Source: Acutalibacteraceae bacterium
Lineage (GTDB): Bacteria > Bacillota > Clostridia > Oscillospirales > Acutalibacteraceae
Reading direction: 5' to 3'
DNA: 64,000 bases
NCBI GenBank assembly: GCA_045627825.1
Contig: JAZQON010000052.1
Span: forward strand, 57,380 to 121,379
In this document: positions 53,936 to 63,509 of the stretch, in pieces
Layout of the letters: each line of letters starts with the position of its first letter
How positions within the stretch are numbered: position 1 is the stretch's first letter
Position numbers and translations under genes: made by a program
Notes under the pieces: generated by a model
What the model was told of the DNA's origin: nothing
The model's input: only the letters and a program-made list of their open reading frames with translations
Databases searched by the model: none

Positions 53936-54334
53936 ATGTTCAGAACAGGAAAATTTACTTATCCGATAATTGCCGTTATCGGCGTGATAATGATTGTACT
54001 CGGCATCATAAGCAAAAATTCGGATAAGGATATTGAATACAGAACCGTTCAGGGCGAAATTACAAATATAACCGAGGACCTTATCGGTGAAGACCGTGAA
54101 TACCATGTTTATGTTACCTATAAGGTTGCAGGCACGAAATATGAGAATGTGGAATACGGCAGTTATGATTCGTCCATGAAAATCGGCGACAGAGTAACGG
54201 TTTATTATGACCCTGCCGACCCGTCACATTATCAGGCTGAGGGCTTTGAAACCGTTCCGTATGTGTTCGGAGGTGTCGGCGCTGTTGCGGTTATATTCTC
54301 GACAGTAATGATGATAAGGAAAAAGAGCAGATGA
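53936..54334 (+). CDS. DUF3592-like small membrane protein
   Basis: TM, beta-rich core (YHVYVTYKVAGTKYENVEYGSYDSSMKIGDRVTVYYDPADPS), TM. Confidence 0.65.
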   Translation: MFRTGKFTYPIIAVIGVIMIVLGIISKNSDKDIEYRTVQGEITNITEDLIGEDREYHVYVTYKVAGTKYENVEYGSYDSSMKIGDRVTVYYDPADPSHYQAEGFETVPYVFGGVGAVAVIFSTVMMIRKKSR

Positions 54335-55785
54335 GTATAAATATTAAGGTTACGGATGAACGCTTCGGCGCAAAGGGTGACGGCTTAACCAATGACCGTA
54401 AAGCGATTCAGGCTGCAATAGATTATGCTTATTCCTGCGGCGGCGGAACGGTTGAATTTGATGCAGAAAAAACCTTTTTCACTTCGGGAATAGTAATCAG
54501 AAGCGGAATAACTCTGCTTTTGGGTGATAAAACCGTGCTTTTGCAGGATAATGACCCGTCTGGTTATGTGAAGCCCGTCGGAGACGGCTATGAGCATTAT
54601 GAGATAATGTTCGGACACAACTATTCCGAAAAGATAAAATGGAGCCATGTCTGGTATAAAAATTATCCGTTTATCTATGCGCCCGAGGGTTCGCACGATT
54701 TTGCGATAAAGGGAAACGGTATGCTCCGGATGGCGGAGGGTGATGACGGCAATAAGCTTATCAAAACCTGCCCGATAGGATTTTACCGTGCAAGCCGTTT
54801 TGAAATTTCGGATATTTCAATCACGAATTATCACGGATATGCGATGATGCCGTTCACCTGCGATAACGGTCTGATAAAGAATGTTAAAATCTCCGAATGG
54901 AGCCACGGCAACGGTGACGGAATCTGCATGATGAACTGCCGTGATATGCGCATAACGGGCTGTAAGATGTTCACGGGTGACGATGCGGTTTATATCTTCT
55001 CATCGTATAAAGACCCGAGAGCGAGTGAATGGTGGTCATCTGATGAGCCGCAGGCTTCCGAGAACATAGAAATTGACCATAACGACCTTGAAACAAATCA
55101 CTGCAAGGCATTCGGAATGATACTCTGGGGAATAGACTGCCACAACCTTGAAAAAATCGAGGTCAGAAATGTTTATGTTCACGATAATCATTTCAAAACC
55201 ATGGGCAATTGGAATTATAATCCCTATACCGTGAATACCGCTCCGCACCCCGTAACCAATGTGAGATTTGAAAACAATATCATTGACGGCATTGAAGCAA
55301 ACTTTTTTGAGACCGTTGTTTCCGATATGAATTATTATCATTCAATGCGTGAATTTCATAACGGAGAATTTGAAAACGGCAGAGTGTTCTGGTCAATGAG
55401 CGGTGAATATGCCGGAGCCGAAAAGGAAGAAAAATTCGGATATGCCGGTGACGGTTCTGCGATATATCAGGGACTTTACATTGAAGCAGGTCTGCCCTGT
55501 GCATTCGAAGCAAATGTAAAATCGGAGGGCAAAGGGTGCAGAATGTTTGTCAGAGAGCTTGACAGCGGTAAGCTTGTTCAGGCACTAAGCTTTGAAAATG
55601 CCGAATGGGAAACGATTGTTATGCCGTTTGATGTGCCGCACAGCGGAAATTATCACATCGGAATCGAATGTGAAACGGGCGTTGCAAAAATAAAATCCGC
55701 CAGACTTCTGGGCAATCACGACGGTGCATTCGGTTACAACGATGTTATATTCGACAGAGGAAAAATAATTTATCTTTATAAGTGA
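54331..55785 (+). CDS. Right-handed beta-helix glycoside hydrolase (Pectate_lyase_3 / GH28-like)
   Basis: N-terminus FGAKGDGLTNDRKAIQAAIDYA is typical of Pectate_lyase_3. Repeated beta-helix coils include GDDAVYI. Confidence 0.7.
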   Translation: MSINIKVTDERFGAKGDGLTNDRKAIQAAIDYAYSCGGGTVEFDAEKTFFTSGIVIRSGITLLLGDKTVLLQDNDPSGYVKPVGDGYEHYEIMFGHNYSEKIKWSHVWYKNYPFIYAPEGSHDFAIKGNGMLRMAEGDDGNKLIKTCPIGFYRASRFEISDISITNYHGYAMMPFTCDNGLIKNVKISEWSHGNGDGICMMNCRDMRITGCKMFTGDDAVYIFSSYKDPRASEWWSSDEPQASENIEIDHNDLETNHCKAFGMILWGIDCHNLEKIEVRNVYVHDNHFKTMGNWNYNPYTVNTAPHPVTNVRFENNIIDGIEANFFETVVSDMNYYHSMREFHNGEFENGRVFWSMSGEYAGAEKEEKFGYAGDGSAIYQGLYIEAGLPCAFEANVKSEGKGCRMFVRELDSGKLVQALSFENAEWETIVMPFDVPHSGNYHIGIECETGVAKIKSARLLGNHDGAFGYNDVIFDRGKIIYLYK

Positions 55786-55794
55786 GGATTTGTT

Positions 55795-56388
55795 ATGTCA
55801 CAGCTTAAAATGTATTGGTTTGCGAAAAATGATATTCCCGATATGCCGCTTCCCGAGGGCTATTCATTTTCACATTTTTCGGAGAAAAACAGAGATACCG
55901 ATATCCACGATTGGAACGAATGCATAAGAACCTGGGCTGAGTCCGAGCAGACGGATGAGGAACGCTTCAAGCAGGAGATATATGATTTCAAGGATATCGT
56001 GCCCGAGGAGGATGTATGGTTTCTCGATTATAACGGTGAGCATATCGGCACGGCAACCTCATTTGTTTACAAAGCAGACGGCACAGGAGATATGCACTGG
56101 GTAGGCATAAAAAAGGAATTCAGAGGAAAAGGACTTTCAAAATATCTTTCATGGATAGTGCTCACAACGCTTAAAAACCGTGGAGTAAAATATGTTTCGC
56201 TCACAACGAGTGAGGGCAGACCTGCGGCGGTTAAAAGCTATCTGACGGCAGGATTTCAGCCCGTTGAATACGCCGAGGGTATGCAGGAAAGATGGGAAAA
56301 GGTGCTGGATGTATATAATATTGACGAAATTGATATGCTCAATGAGGACAGCACTTTTTATAAGAAAATTTACAGAAGCAGGGGATAA
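55795..56388 (+). CDS. GNAT-family N-acetyltransferase
   Basis: WVGIKKEFRGKGLSKYL is an acetyl-CoA binding loop (R/Q-x-x-G-x-G/A). Confidence 0.75.
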   Translation: MSQLKMYWFAKNDIPDMPLPEGYSFSHFSEKNRDTDIHDWNECIRTWAESEQTDEERFKQEIYDFKDIVPEEDVWFLDYNGEHIGTATSFVYKADGTGDMHWVGIKKEFRGKGLSKYLSWIVLTTLKNRGVKYVSLTTSEGRPAAVKSYLTAGFQPVEYAEGMQERWEKVLDVYNIDEIDMLNEDSTFYKKIYRSRG

Positions 56389-56393
56389 TCAAA

Positions 56394-57038
56394 ATGAAAA
56401 AGCTGTTTCTTATCGGAGATTCAATCAGAATGGGCTACTGCGAATATGTTAAAGCCGCTCTCAAGGGTAAAGCCGAGGTGTTGTGGCATAACGGTAACGC
56501 CCGTTTTGCGGAATATGTTTTATATTCGCTCGGCGATTGGGAGCATGAAATGCACATCGGCGAAACCGTTGACTGCGTTCACTGGAACACGGGTCTGCAT
56601 GATATTATCCGTGCGGCAGGCGATGAACCGTTCACTCCTCCCGAAATATACGGTTATTATGTTGAACGCATATGCCGGAGACTGAAAAGCCTTTATCCGA
56701 ATGCGGAGCTGATATTCGCAACCACAACTCCCGTTCAGGAGGAGCTTTATGATTTCTGGTTTGCCAGAAAGAATGCCGATATCGATGCAATAAACGAAAA
56801 GGCGGTAAGCATCGCCGAAGCGTGCGGAATGAAAGTCAACGACCTTAATTCGCTTATGAAAAAACAGCCGGAATCCGTTTTTTCGGATAAAACCCATTTT
56901 AATACGCCGGAGGGCAGAGAGGTTCTGACAAAAGCCGTGCTGAAAGCGGTTTGCCCCTCTCTCGGAGTGAATTTCGATGAACTAACAATGCCCGATTTTT
57001 CAAGAGAAATAATCGCCGATGCGGAAATTCTTAAATGA
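56394..57038 (+). CDS. SGNH/GDSL-family hydrolase (esterase/deacetylase)
   Basis: Block I FLIGDSIRMGY near the N-terminus. Late D-x-x-H block (DKTHF). Confidence 0.75.
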   Translation: MKKLFLIGDSIRMGYCEYVKAALKGKAEVLWHNGNARFAEYVLYSLGDWEHEMHIGETVDCVHWNTGLHDIIRAAGDEPFTPPEIYGYYVERICRRLKSLYPNAELIFATTTPVQEELYDFWFARKNADIDAINEKAVSIAEACGMKVNDLNSLMKKQPESVFSDKTHFNTPEGREVLTKAVLKAVCPSLGVNFDELTMPDFSREIIADAEILK

Positions 57039-57042
57039 ACAG

Positions 57043-57071
57043 TTGAAAATCCGTATTTACTTTGCTATAAT
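57043..57071 (+). promoter_or_regulatory. Candidate promoter for the metallophosphoesterase gene
   Basis: TTGAAA (57043-57048), 17-nt spacer, TATAAT (57066-57071). Confidence 0.55.
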
Positions 57072-57101
57072 ATATTTATTAAATTTTCGGAGGTAAAAAT
57101 T

Positions 57102-58163
57102 ATGCCGTTATTCAAATTGATTATTGCGTTCTTTCTTTCATTTGTTCAGTTTTTCAGTCCGTTTTTTGCCATGCTCAACGGCGGAATAGATTCATTCTAT
57201 GATAAATGGTCTGAAAACGATACATATACAGCCGATTATGCAATCGAGCTTAAAAAAAATCCGGACAAGGATTTTGTTGTTCTTAATTTTGCCGATATTC
57301 AGCTCAGCGGACTTGATGTTTACAATGAGAAAGCGGATATCGCCGCAAAGACGATTGATAAGGCGATAAAAGCAACAAATCCCGACCTTATCACGCTTAC
57401 GGGTGACAACGGTTCGGGAAAGATGGCTTATATCGAAATGATTAAGGTTATTGATTCCTACGGTATTCCCTGGGCTCCGGTTATGGGTAACCACGACGGC
57501 GAAAACGGCAAGAGAGTAGATGAAGCCTGGTGCGGATGGCAGCTTGAAAATGCCGAAAACTGCCTTTTCAAATTCGGACCTGAGGGTATGGGCGTAGGTA
57601 ACTATGTTATCAATATTACCGAGAACGGAAGAATAATCCACACTCTTTATATGATGGATACTCATTCGAGCACCGATAAGGAATGCGGTGGCTATGACCA
57701 TCTCTGGGATAATCAGCTTAAGTGGTATGAATGGGCGGTTAAGGGCACAAATGCAATAGCCGGAACGAATGTTGAAAGCTCGATATTCTTTCATATTCCC
57801 TGCATTCAGTACAGAGATGCGTGGAAAGCGGTTTACGATGATGAAGCGAAGCAGTTCAAGCAGGAATATTATTCAAACGGTAATTTCGGCAAGAATGACG
57901 AGGGCATCTGCTCTCCCGAATATGACAGCGGTTTCTTTGCACTTGTAAAGTCACTCGGAAGCACAAAGAATATGGTGGCAGGTCACGACCATTCAAACGA
58001 TTCATCTATTCTTTATGACGGAATACGCCTTTCCTACGGCTTGAAGTGCGGCAAGGGCAGTTATACATTTGACGGCAAAAACGGCGGCTCAACTCTTACA
58101 ATCGGTTCAGACGGTCACGCCGACTTTGCACATTATTATGTTGATATTGATACTCTTGACTGA
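57102..58163 (+). CDS. Secreted or membrane-anchored calcineurin-like metallophosphoesterase
   Basis: Signal/TM N-terminus. Motifs LTGDNG, GNHDG and AGHDH. Confidence 0.8.
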   Translation: MPLFKLIIAFFLSFVQFFSPFFAMLNGGIDSFYDKWSENDTYTADYAIELKKNPDKDFVVLNFADIQLSGLDVYNEKADIAAKTIDKAIKATNPDLITLTGDNGSGKMAYIEMIKVIDSYGIPWAPVMGNHDGENGKRVDEAWCGWQLENAENCLFKFGPEGMGVGNYVINITENGRIIHTLYMMDTHSSTDKECGGYDHLWDNQLKWYEWAVKGTNAIAGTNVESSIFFHIPCIQYRDAWKAVYDDEAKQFKQEYYSNGNFGKNDEGICSPEYDSGFFALVKSLGSTKNMVAGHDHSNDSSILYDGIRLSYGLKCGKGSYTFDGKNGGSTLTIGSDGHADFAHYYVDIDTLD

Positions 58164-58261
58164 TTAACCGAGTGATAATAATCCGAATGGGTTTGTTTTA
58201 TCATCACTCGGTTAGGGTTCAGCTTCAAATCTGACGGTTCACGCCGTGTTGCTACGCTGAT

Positions 58262-58299
58262 AAAAAGGGTCTGTGACGAAAAATCGTTACAGACCCTTT
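58262..58299. terminator. Bidirectional terminator between the metallophosphoesterase and CapA genes
   Basis: AAAAAGGGTCTGTGACGA...TCGTTACAGACCCTTTTTT: a 13-bp stem with one mismatch, with A and T runs on both sides. Confidence 0.75.
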
Positions 58300-58300
58300 T

Positions 58301-59656
58301 TTACTTTGCGGTAATAACACCGTTATCATCAATGTTTATTGCCTTACCGGGCGACCAGCTTATTATATCATCGTAAAGCTTCCGTCTGTCGGCTTCATTT
58401 GAAATATAATGCGTTTCGCTTCCGGACTGCATTCCGGGAATATATGACATCTGCATTCCGTCACTGCTTATTTTCAGCTTCATCATAGCGGTGGGAACGC
58501 TCTTGGTATTGAACCAGAAATTGCCGAGACTGTATATTATCGGCGAGCCATTATAAAATTCTATGCCTTGCAGGCAGTGGGAATGGTTTCCGATAACCGC
58601 ATCGGCTCCGGCATCAATGAATTCTTTTCCGAGCTTCTTCTGAGAATCGGTCAGCTCCGTTGTGTTCTCATATCCCCAATGGGGATAGGCGATAACAATA
58701 TCGCACTCTTTTTTTGCTTTTTTGATAGCTTCAAGCATTGCTTTGCCGCTATCGTAGCATCCCATTATTCCGGCTTCGGTTTCGGTTGCAACAGGAGTAT
58801 ATATCGGAGATTCAACGCCCGATGAAGCAACATAGCCGACCTTATAGCCGTTGATAATGAAGGTTACGGGCTTTGCGGCTTCCTCTTTGTTCATGCCGGC
58901 TCCCACATAGGGTAAGCCTTCTTTTTCAAGAACCGAAATGGTATCAATAAATGAATCATAACCGTAATCATAGGTGTGATTGTTGGCAAGCGAAACAATG
59001 TCAACTCCGAGCTCGGTCATATAACCGACTGTTTCGGGGTCGGCACGGAATGTGTATGTTTTATCGGGTGTCGGCGAACCTCTGTCGGTATAAGTGAATT
59101 CATTATTCACAAGCAGAATATCAACGCCGTTCATTTCATTTCTGAATGTTTCGTCAATGCAGTCAATAACGCCGTTTGGTTTGGTTCTTGCATGGGTCAT
59201 AACATAACCGGAATTTGTGAAATTAATGTCACCGGTAAAGCCGAGTTCAAAATAATTCCTGCCGTTATTGCCCATATCAATACTGCCGTGGGTGATGAAT
59301 TTATCTTTTGCGGCTTTATAGGTAAATCCCGTTATTTTCAGCCATTCTTTATCGCTGACCTCTCCGTTTTTAACCGCTTCCTCAAGCTTTTCGATAATTC
59401 CGACATCGAAATTTTTCAGAAGCTCCTCGCTGATTTCTCTGTCCGGCATACGGGTCAGAGAAACGGAAAGCGATTTATAATCAAAGGTTCTTTCCTTAGT
59501 AACGGCTTCGGTTTTGACCTCGGGAATTTCCGAAACGGACTCAACGGACTGCGTTTGATTTTTATATTTTACCGCAAGCGTGGCGGTTACTGCGGTTATC
59601 GCAATCAGCAGGGCGATAAGTCCGGCTATAAATTTTTTGTATCCGTATTCCGTCAT
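58301..59656 (-). CDS. CapA-family (PGA_cap) membrane-anchored metallophosphatase-like protein
   Basis: One TM. Motifs GDINFT, LANNHTYDYG, GNHSH. The ATG at 59656 forms an ATGA overlap with the upstream gene. Confidence 0.8.
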   Translation of the reverse strand: MTEYGYKKFIAGLIALLIAITAVTATLAVKYKNQTQSVESVSEIPEVKTEAVTKERTFDYKSLSVSLTRMPDREISEELLKNFDVGIIEKLEEAVKNGEVSDKEWLKITGFTYKAAKDKFITHGSIDMGNNGRNYFELGFTGDINFTNSGYVMTHARTKPNGVIDCIDETFRNEMNGVDILLVNNEFTYTDRGSPTPDKTYTFRADPETVGYMTELGVDIVSLANNHTYDYGYDSFIDTISVLEKEGLPYVGAGMNKEEAAKPVTFIINGYKVGYVASSGVESPIYTPVATETEAGIMGCYDSGKAMLEAIKKAKKECDIVIAYPHWGYENTTELTDSQKKLGKEFIDAGADAVIGNHSHCLQGIEFYNGSPIIYSLGNFWFNTKSVPTAMMKLKISSDGMQMSYIPGMQSGSETHYISNEADRRKLYDDIISWSPGKAINIDDNGVITAK

Positions 59657-60480
59657 TCCAAGCTGTCCACCCAAACATCTCCGCCGCTGACCGTTGCATA
59701 AAATTCTTTAACGGTTCCGTCGGAATTTTTAAAGGTTACATATGTTCCGCCCTTATGCTTAGGGGAAATTTCGGCATGATTTCCGTCGGGCATTTCAACC
59801 TTAACAATGTTTTCATCTTCTATGGTGCATTGCCATTCGCCGTCACCGAGACTGATTTCCTTTGTGTTAGGTATTGTGATTATGAATATTGCCGCCATAA
59901 CCGCCGCAATCAGCGCAAATGATACAATGCGGTGCTTTTTTTCATCAAAGAATATGAGAACAAAGAATATTGCAAGCGCAAGGCAGAAAACCGCACTTAA
60001 AAGATGATGAGGGAAATAGCTCACCGTGCTTCTGAAATATTTAATGCAGGCATAGGCGAGATAACCGTTTGCAACGGCGAGAACCGCAACGCTGAGCCAA
60101 TTCTTCTTTTTAAGCAAAAAGGCAACGGCGGCACCGGGGAGAGTGAGAACGGTTATAATCGCCCAATACTTATAATACATGAATATTTTCCAGCCGAGGT
60201 CAACAAACGGAACCTCAATCAGATAAATGAGCGGCTGACTGATAAGGAAGAATACAAAGCATTTGAGCGAAGCTTCCCACCACTTTTTGCAGTTGGTTAT
60301 GATTAAAAGAGCAAATAAAATCCAGCATTCGAGATTGATTGCTATATCCTGAAATGAGGTATCCTTAAAAAACGGAATTACATTTATCAGGGCTGTATAT
60401 ACCGCCGTTATAACTGCAAAAATTATAACTTTTATCCAGGTCATATTTATTTCGCCGAAGAATTTTCTGAGTTTTGTCAT
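59653..60480 (-). CDS. Hypothetical polytopic membrane protein with a small C-terminal extracytoplasmic domain
   Basis: About 6 TMs, then a beta-rich tail of about 70 aa (GEWQCTIEDENIVKVEMPDGNHAEISPKHKGGTYVTFKNSDGTV...). No family recognised. Confidence 0.6.
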   Translation of the reverse strand: MTKLRKFFGEINMTWIKVIIFAVITAVYTALINVIPFFKDTSFQDIAINLECWILFALLIITNCKKWWEASLKCFVFFLISQPLIYLIEVPFVDLGWKIFMYYKYWAIITVLTLPGAAVAFLLKKKNWLSVAVLAVANGYLAYACIKYFRSTVSYFPHHLLSAVFCLALAIFFVLIFFDEKKHRIVSFALIAAVMAAIFIITIPNTKEISLGDGEWQCTIEDENIVKVEMPDGNHAEISPKHKGGTYVTFKNSDGTVKEFYATVSGGDVWVDSLE

Positions 60481-61145
60481 TGATTTTGTTCACCATTCTT
60501 TTCAATTTTGTCAATTATTTTGCCGAAAAAGTCGATAAGGGGTGCATTTAGAAATGCAACGATTATTGTTCCTATTCCCACGCCCTCCCACGAATGATTG
60601 AGTGCACGGGCAAAAACAATTGTGATAACCAGCATTGCAAGGTCGTTAAAGAGCTTTGTTTTGCTTTTGTCAAAGTGATATTTATCCGAGATTTCACCAA
60701 CGAGCAATTCATAAACCTGCGGCGGAAAATTCGTTCTGAAAACGAGAGCCACGGCAAGAGAAATTATTGCCGCACCGCAGACGAATGCAATTATGCGCAC
60801 AGGGAACGAATCATACATTCCGTTGCCGCCGAGCACCATGAGCCAGAAATCTATTATAAATCCGCTCAGAACCGCCGTAACAAGTGAAAGCAGGTATTTT
60901 ATGCGGAATCTGCCTACTGCGAGGCAGGTGACGATAAGAATAACCGCTTCCCATATGTATTCGGACATTCCCTGAGTGTACCACGGAAATGAATCACGCA
61001 GAAAACAGTGAAGTATATAAGGCGGAGCGGCAATCATCGAAAGACCGAATGCGGCTTTTGTGCAAAGACTTACACCCAGACTGCAAAGGATTATGCTCAG
61101 CGCCCAGTTGATAAAATTTTTTGTTTTTGAACTCATATTAATCAC
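60477..61145 (-). CDS. Hypothetical membrane protein (YczE/DUF6198-like, tentative)
   Basis: Six TMs. The N-terminus LGVSLCTKAAFGLS resembles YczE-type proteins from memory. Start is GTG 61145 or ATG 61136. Confidence 0.55.
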   Translation of the reverse strand: MINMSSKTKNFINWALSIILCSLGVSLCTKAAFGLSMIAAPPYILHCFLRDSFPWYTQGMSEYIWEAVILIVTCLAVGRFRIKYLLSLVTAVLSGFIIDFWLMVLGGNGMYDSFPVRIIAFVCGAAIISLAVALVFRTNFPPQVYELLVGEISDKYHFDKSKTKLFNDLAMLVITIVFARALNHSWEGVGIGTIIVAFLNAPLIDFFGKIIDKIEKNGEQNQ

Positions 61146-61222
61146 CGAAAATATATAAAATCACAAACAGCCTGCCGATGCTCAAAAGAACACCGGCAAG
61201 CTTTATTTATCGGATGAAATTA

Positions 61223-62062
61223 TTATGCTGACTTTTTCTTTTTACCGCTGACAATTGCAAATGCGGCGATACCGATTACGGCAACGGCGGCAATGCATAT
61301 AACTATTGTGCTGTTTCCCTCCGAAATTGCGGAGCCCGTTCCCGAGGCGGTTGTTTCGGCATCGGTTACTTCCGTAACGGCGGCTTCCGAAGCGTCGGTT
61401 GTTGCAGATGCTGCTTCGGCAACAGCATCGGACTTAAGTGTATAGCGGCCGTTTAAAGGAACCTCTATAACAAGGTTGCCGTTTGTATCATACTGAGGTT
61501 CAACGGTGTTTCCGTTAGCATCCGTGATTATATATCCGGCTACGGATGCGGGATTATCGGCGGTTCCGTTGCCAATAACAAGATTTGTATTTTGGTCTAT
61601 TATAAGCTGTTTTGTTGAGTTGGCGAAAACAACCTCGTTTACTGTCAGCGTTCCGACATTTGCTCCGTTGCTTGCCGAAATGATAACATCGCCGTCTCCG
61701 ATAAGCTTAAGAGTATTTGCGTTTGCTCTTAATCTTAACAGACTGTAAGGCGTTTCCGATGCCGTAAGAGTAATATTAAGCTTTGATGATGTTTTGAATG
61801 CCGATTCGGGTCTTGCGAATATAACGGTTTTAACATCGGAGCTTCTTAACATAACGGTGCCGGTGAAGCCGGTGTTATCTCCGCTGAATTTTACCGCACT
61901 GAAACCTTTGGTGATGGTCTTAATTGCGGTGCCTGAGCCTGCCGTAAGTGCTTCGTCTATGTTTGTAACGGTTTCTTCATCGGCAAAAGCGGGAAGCGAT
62001 GCAAAGCAGAGAAGCGTTAAAACTGTTAATACTGCGAGAAGTGAAGTAAATATTTTTTTCAT
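61223..62062 (-). CDS. Secreted, tail-anchored surface protein (beta-helix-like repeats)
   Basis: Signal peptide ending PAFA-DE. G/N/T-rich beta-strand repeats, an A/T/E-rich linker, and a C-terminal TM followed by KKKKSA. No LPxTG motif. Confidence 0.7.
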   Translation of the reverse strand: MKKIFTSLLAVLTVLTLLCFASLPAFADEETVTNIDEALTAGSGTAIKTITKGFSAVKFSGDNTGFTGTVMLRSSDVKTVIFARPESAFKTSSKLNITLTASETPYSLLRLRANANTLKLIGDGDVIISASNGANVGTLTVNEVVFANSTKQLIIDQNTNLVIGNGTADNPASVAGYIITDANGNTVEPQYDTNGNLVIEVPLNGRYTLKSDAVAEAASATTDASEAAVTEVTDAETTASGTGSAISEGNSTIVICIAAVAVIGIAAFAIVSGKKKKSA

Positions 62063-62141
62063 TGAAATACCTCTTTCATGTGTTTATTTCGTTTATTTAT
62101 ACGAACAAGTCGAAAAAAAGGCTTGTTTTTTTTGAGAAAAA

Positions 62142-62768
62142 TTAAAGAATTTTTTTGCGCTTAAGAGAAATTACAAGCGGAACAAAGGTCAGCACCGGCA
62201 AAATGAAGCCGATAAGCTGATATTGAGACTGCACAAGATTATTATATACCGAGTGATAAACCGTTGCAACCGAAAGCAAGGCAACCGTACCGGTATAGAA
62301 TAATTTTCTTCTGGTGTGAACGAATGACATTCCGTAGCCGACGGCAAGAGTGCATATGCCGTGCATCATTCCGGCGCCGAAGCCCCTTATAAGAGCAAGA
62401 GCAACCGAAACGCTATTAACGCTTTCTGCCAGGATAAAAGCGTTTTCGAGCACCGCAAAGCCAACTCCTACGGCAATTGAGCTTTCAAGCAGCTGCTGCC
62501 TTTTCGGCTTAAACATAAAGGAATAAAACATTATCGGCAGAGCCTTGAAAAGCTCTTCAAAGAACGGTGTCATATTTACCGTAAAATATCTTTTCGAAAA
62601 CGGAACCGAATTAAGAATTATCGCATTGAATTCTCCGCAGAAAAGGCAAACCGTAACTCCGGCAAGCAGAAAAATAAGTGAAACACGGGATTTGTCTTTA
62701 TAGACAAACAGCATCATTGCAAGGGGAGTGAAAATACTGATAAAAAGAATGAGATTTAAATTCCCCAT
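62142..62768 (-). CDS. PrsW-family intramembrane protease-like protein
   Basis: FFEELFKALP (EExxK motif), a GMMHG histidine and YHSVYNN (HxxxN) spread across TM helices. Confidence 0.6.
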   Translation of the reverse strand: MGNLNLILFISIFTPLAMMLFVYKDKSRVSLIFLLAGVTVCLFCGEFNAIILNSVPFSKRYFTVNMTPFFEELFKALPIMFYSFMFKPKRQQLLESSIAVGVGFAVLENAFILAESVNSVSVALALIRGFGAGMMHGICTLAVGYGMSFVHTRRKLFYTGTVALLSVATVYHSVYNNLVQSQYQLIGFILPVLTFVPLVISLKRKKIL

Positions 62769-63406
62769 TTTTTCGCCCCCTTTTCCGAACAGATAACAAC
62801 GGTCAGAACCGACAGCGAAATCAGAATTGATGTTATATCAAATCCCGGCTTGAAATTTATAAGAAGTATGTGCACTGCCGTAAGCAGATAGAAAATCAGC
62901 GCCGAAATATTGCAGGGATTTGTTGAACGCAGAAAGCCGAAATCGTCAACGGGCATCATCAGATGCTTAAGATTGAAATATGAAGCCGGAATGGCAGGCA
63001 CCATAATCAAAGAAAATGCCACGGCACCGAAGAGACTTTCACGCATTTGATGCAGAAAGATTGAAACCGTAACCGCTATAAAAACAAACGGGGCAAGCAG
63101 TGCAATGCGTTTTGCACGGTTGTTGACACTGCTTCCGTCATCGACTATGCGGTCAAGCTGACCGTAGTTTGCGGAAAGCAGAAAGAAGTTACATCCGAAA
63201 ATACCGAGAAGCCCGATTGTTACCGTTTCTTCAAATCCGCCGCAAAGATAATTGACTATTGTCGAAAGCTCTTCAAGAGCATAACATCCGGCGGCACAGA
63301 TAAGAAGCTGAAAATACATCGGCTTGCCCTTTTTAAAAAGCTTTAAAGCACCGTATGTGAATGCGCAGGCGGCAATAAAAAATGATATTATATTTGCAAT
63401 ATTCAT
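62756..63406 (-). CDS. Hypothetical polytopic membrane protein
   Basis: The ATG at 63406 lies 6 nt after GGAGG. About 7 TMs. 13-nt overlap with the PrsW-like gene. Confidence 0.6.
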   Translation of the reverse strand: MNIANIISFFIAACAFTYGALKLFKKGKPMYFQLLICAAGCYALEELSTIVNYLCGGFEETVTIGLLGIFGCNFFLLSANYGQLDRIVDDGSSVNNRAKRIALLAPFVFIAVTVSIFLHQMRESLFGAVAFSLIMVPAIPASYFNLKHLMMPVDDFGFLRSTNPCNISALIFYLLTAVHILLINFKPGFDITSILISLSVLTVVICSEKGAKKWGI

Positions 63407-63479
63407 TACATACCTCCGCAAGCACAATTTTGATTATTATAACATTTTAAGAAAATAAAATCAATACATTATATATAAA

Positions 63480-63504
63480 ACAGACCCGAATTTTTCGGGC
63501 CTGT
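63480..63504 (-). terminator. Rho-independent terminator after the GH38 gene
   Basis: ACAGACCCGAA...TTCGGGCCTGT stem with one G-U pair, followed on the minus strand by TTTTATATAT. Confidence 0.7.
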
Positions 63505-63509
63505 GTAAA

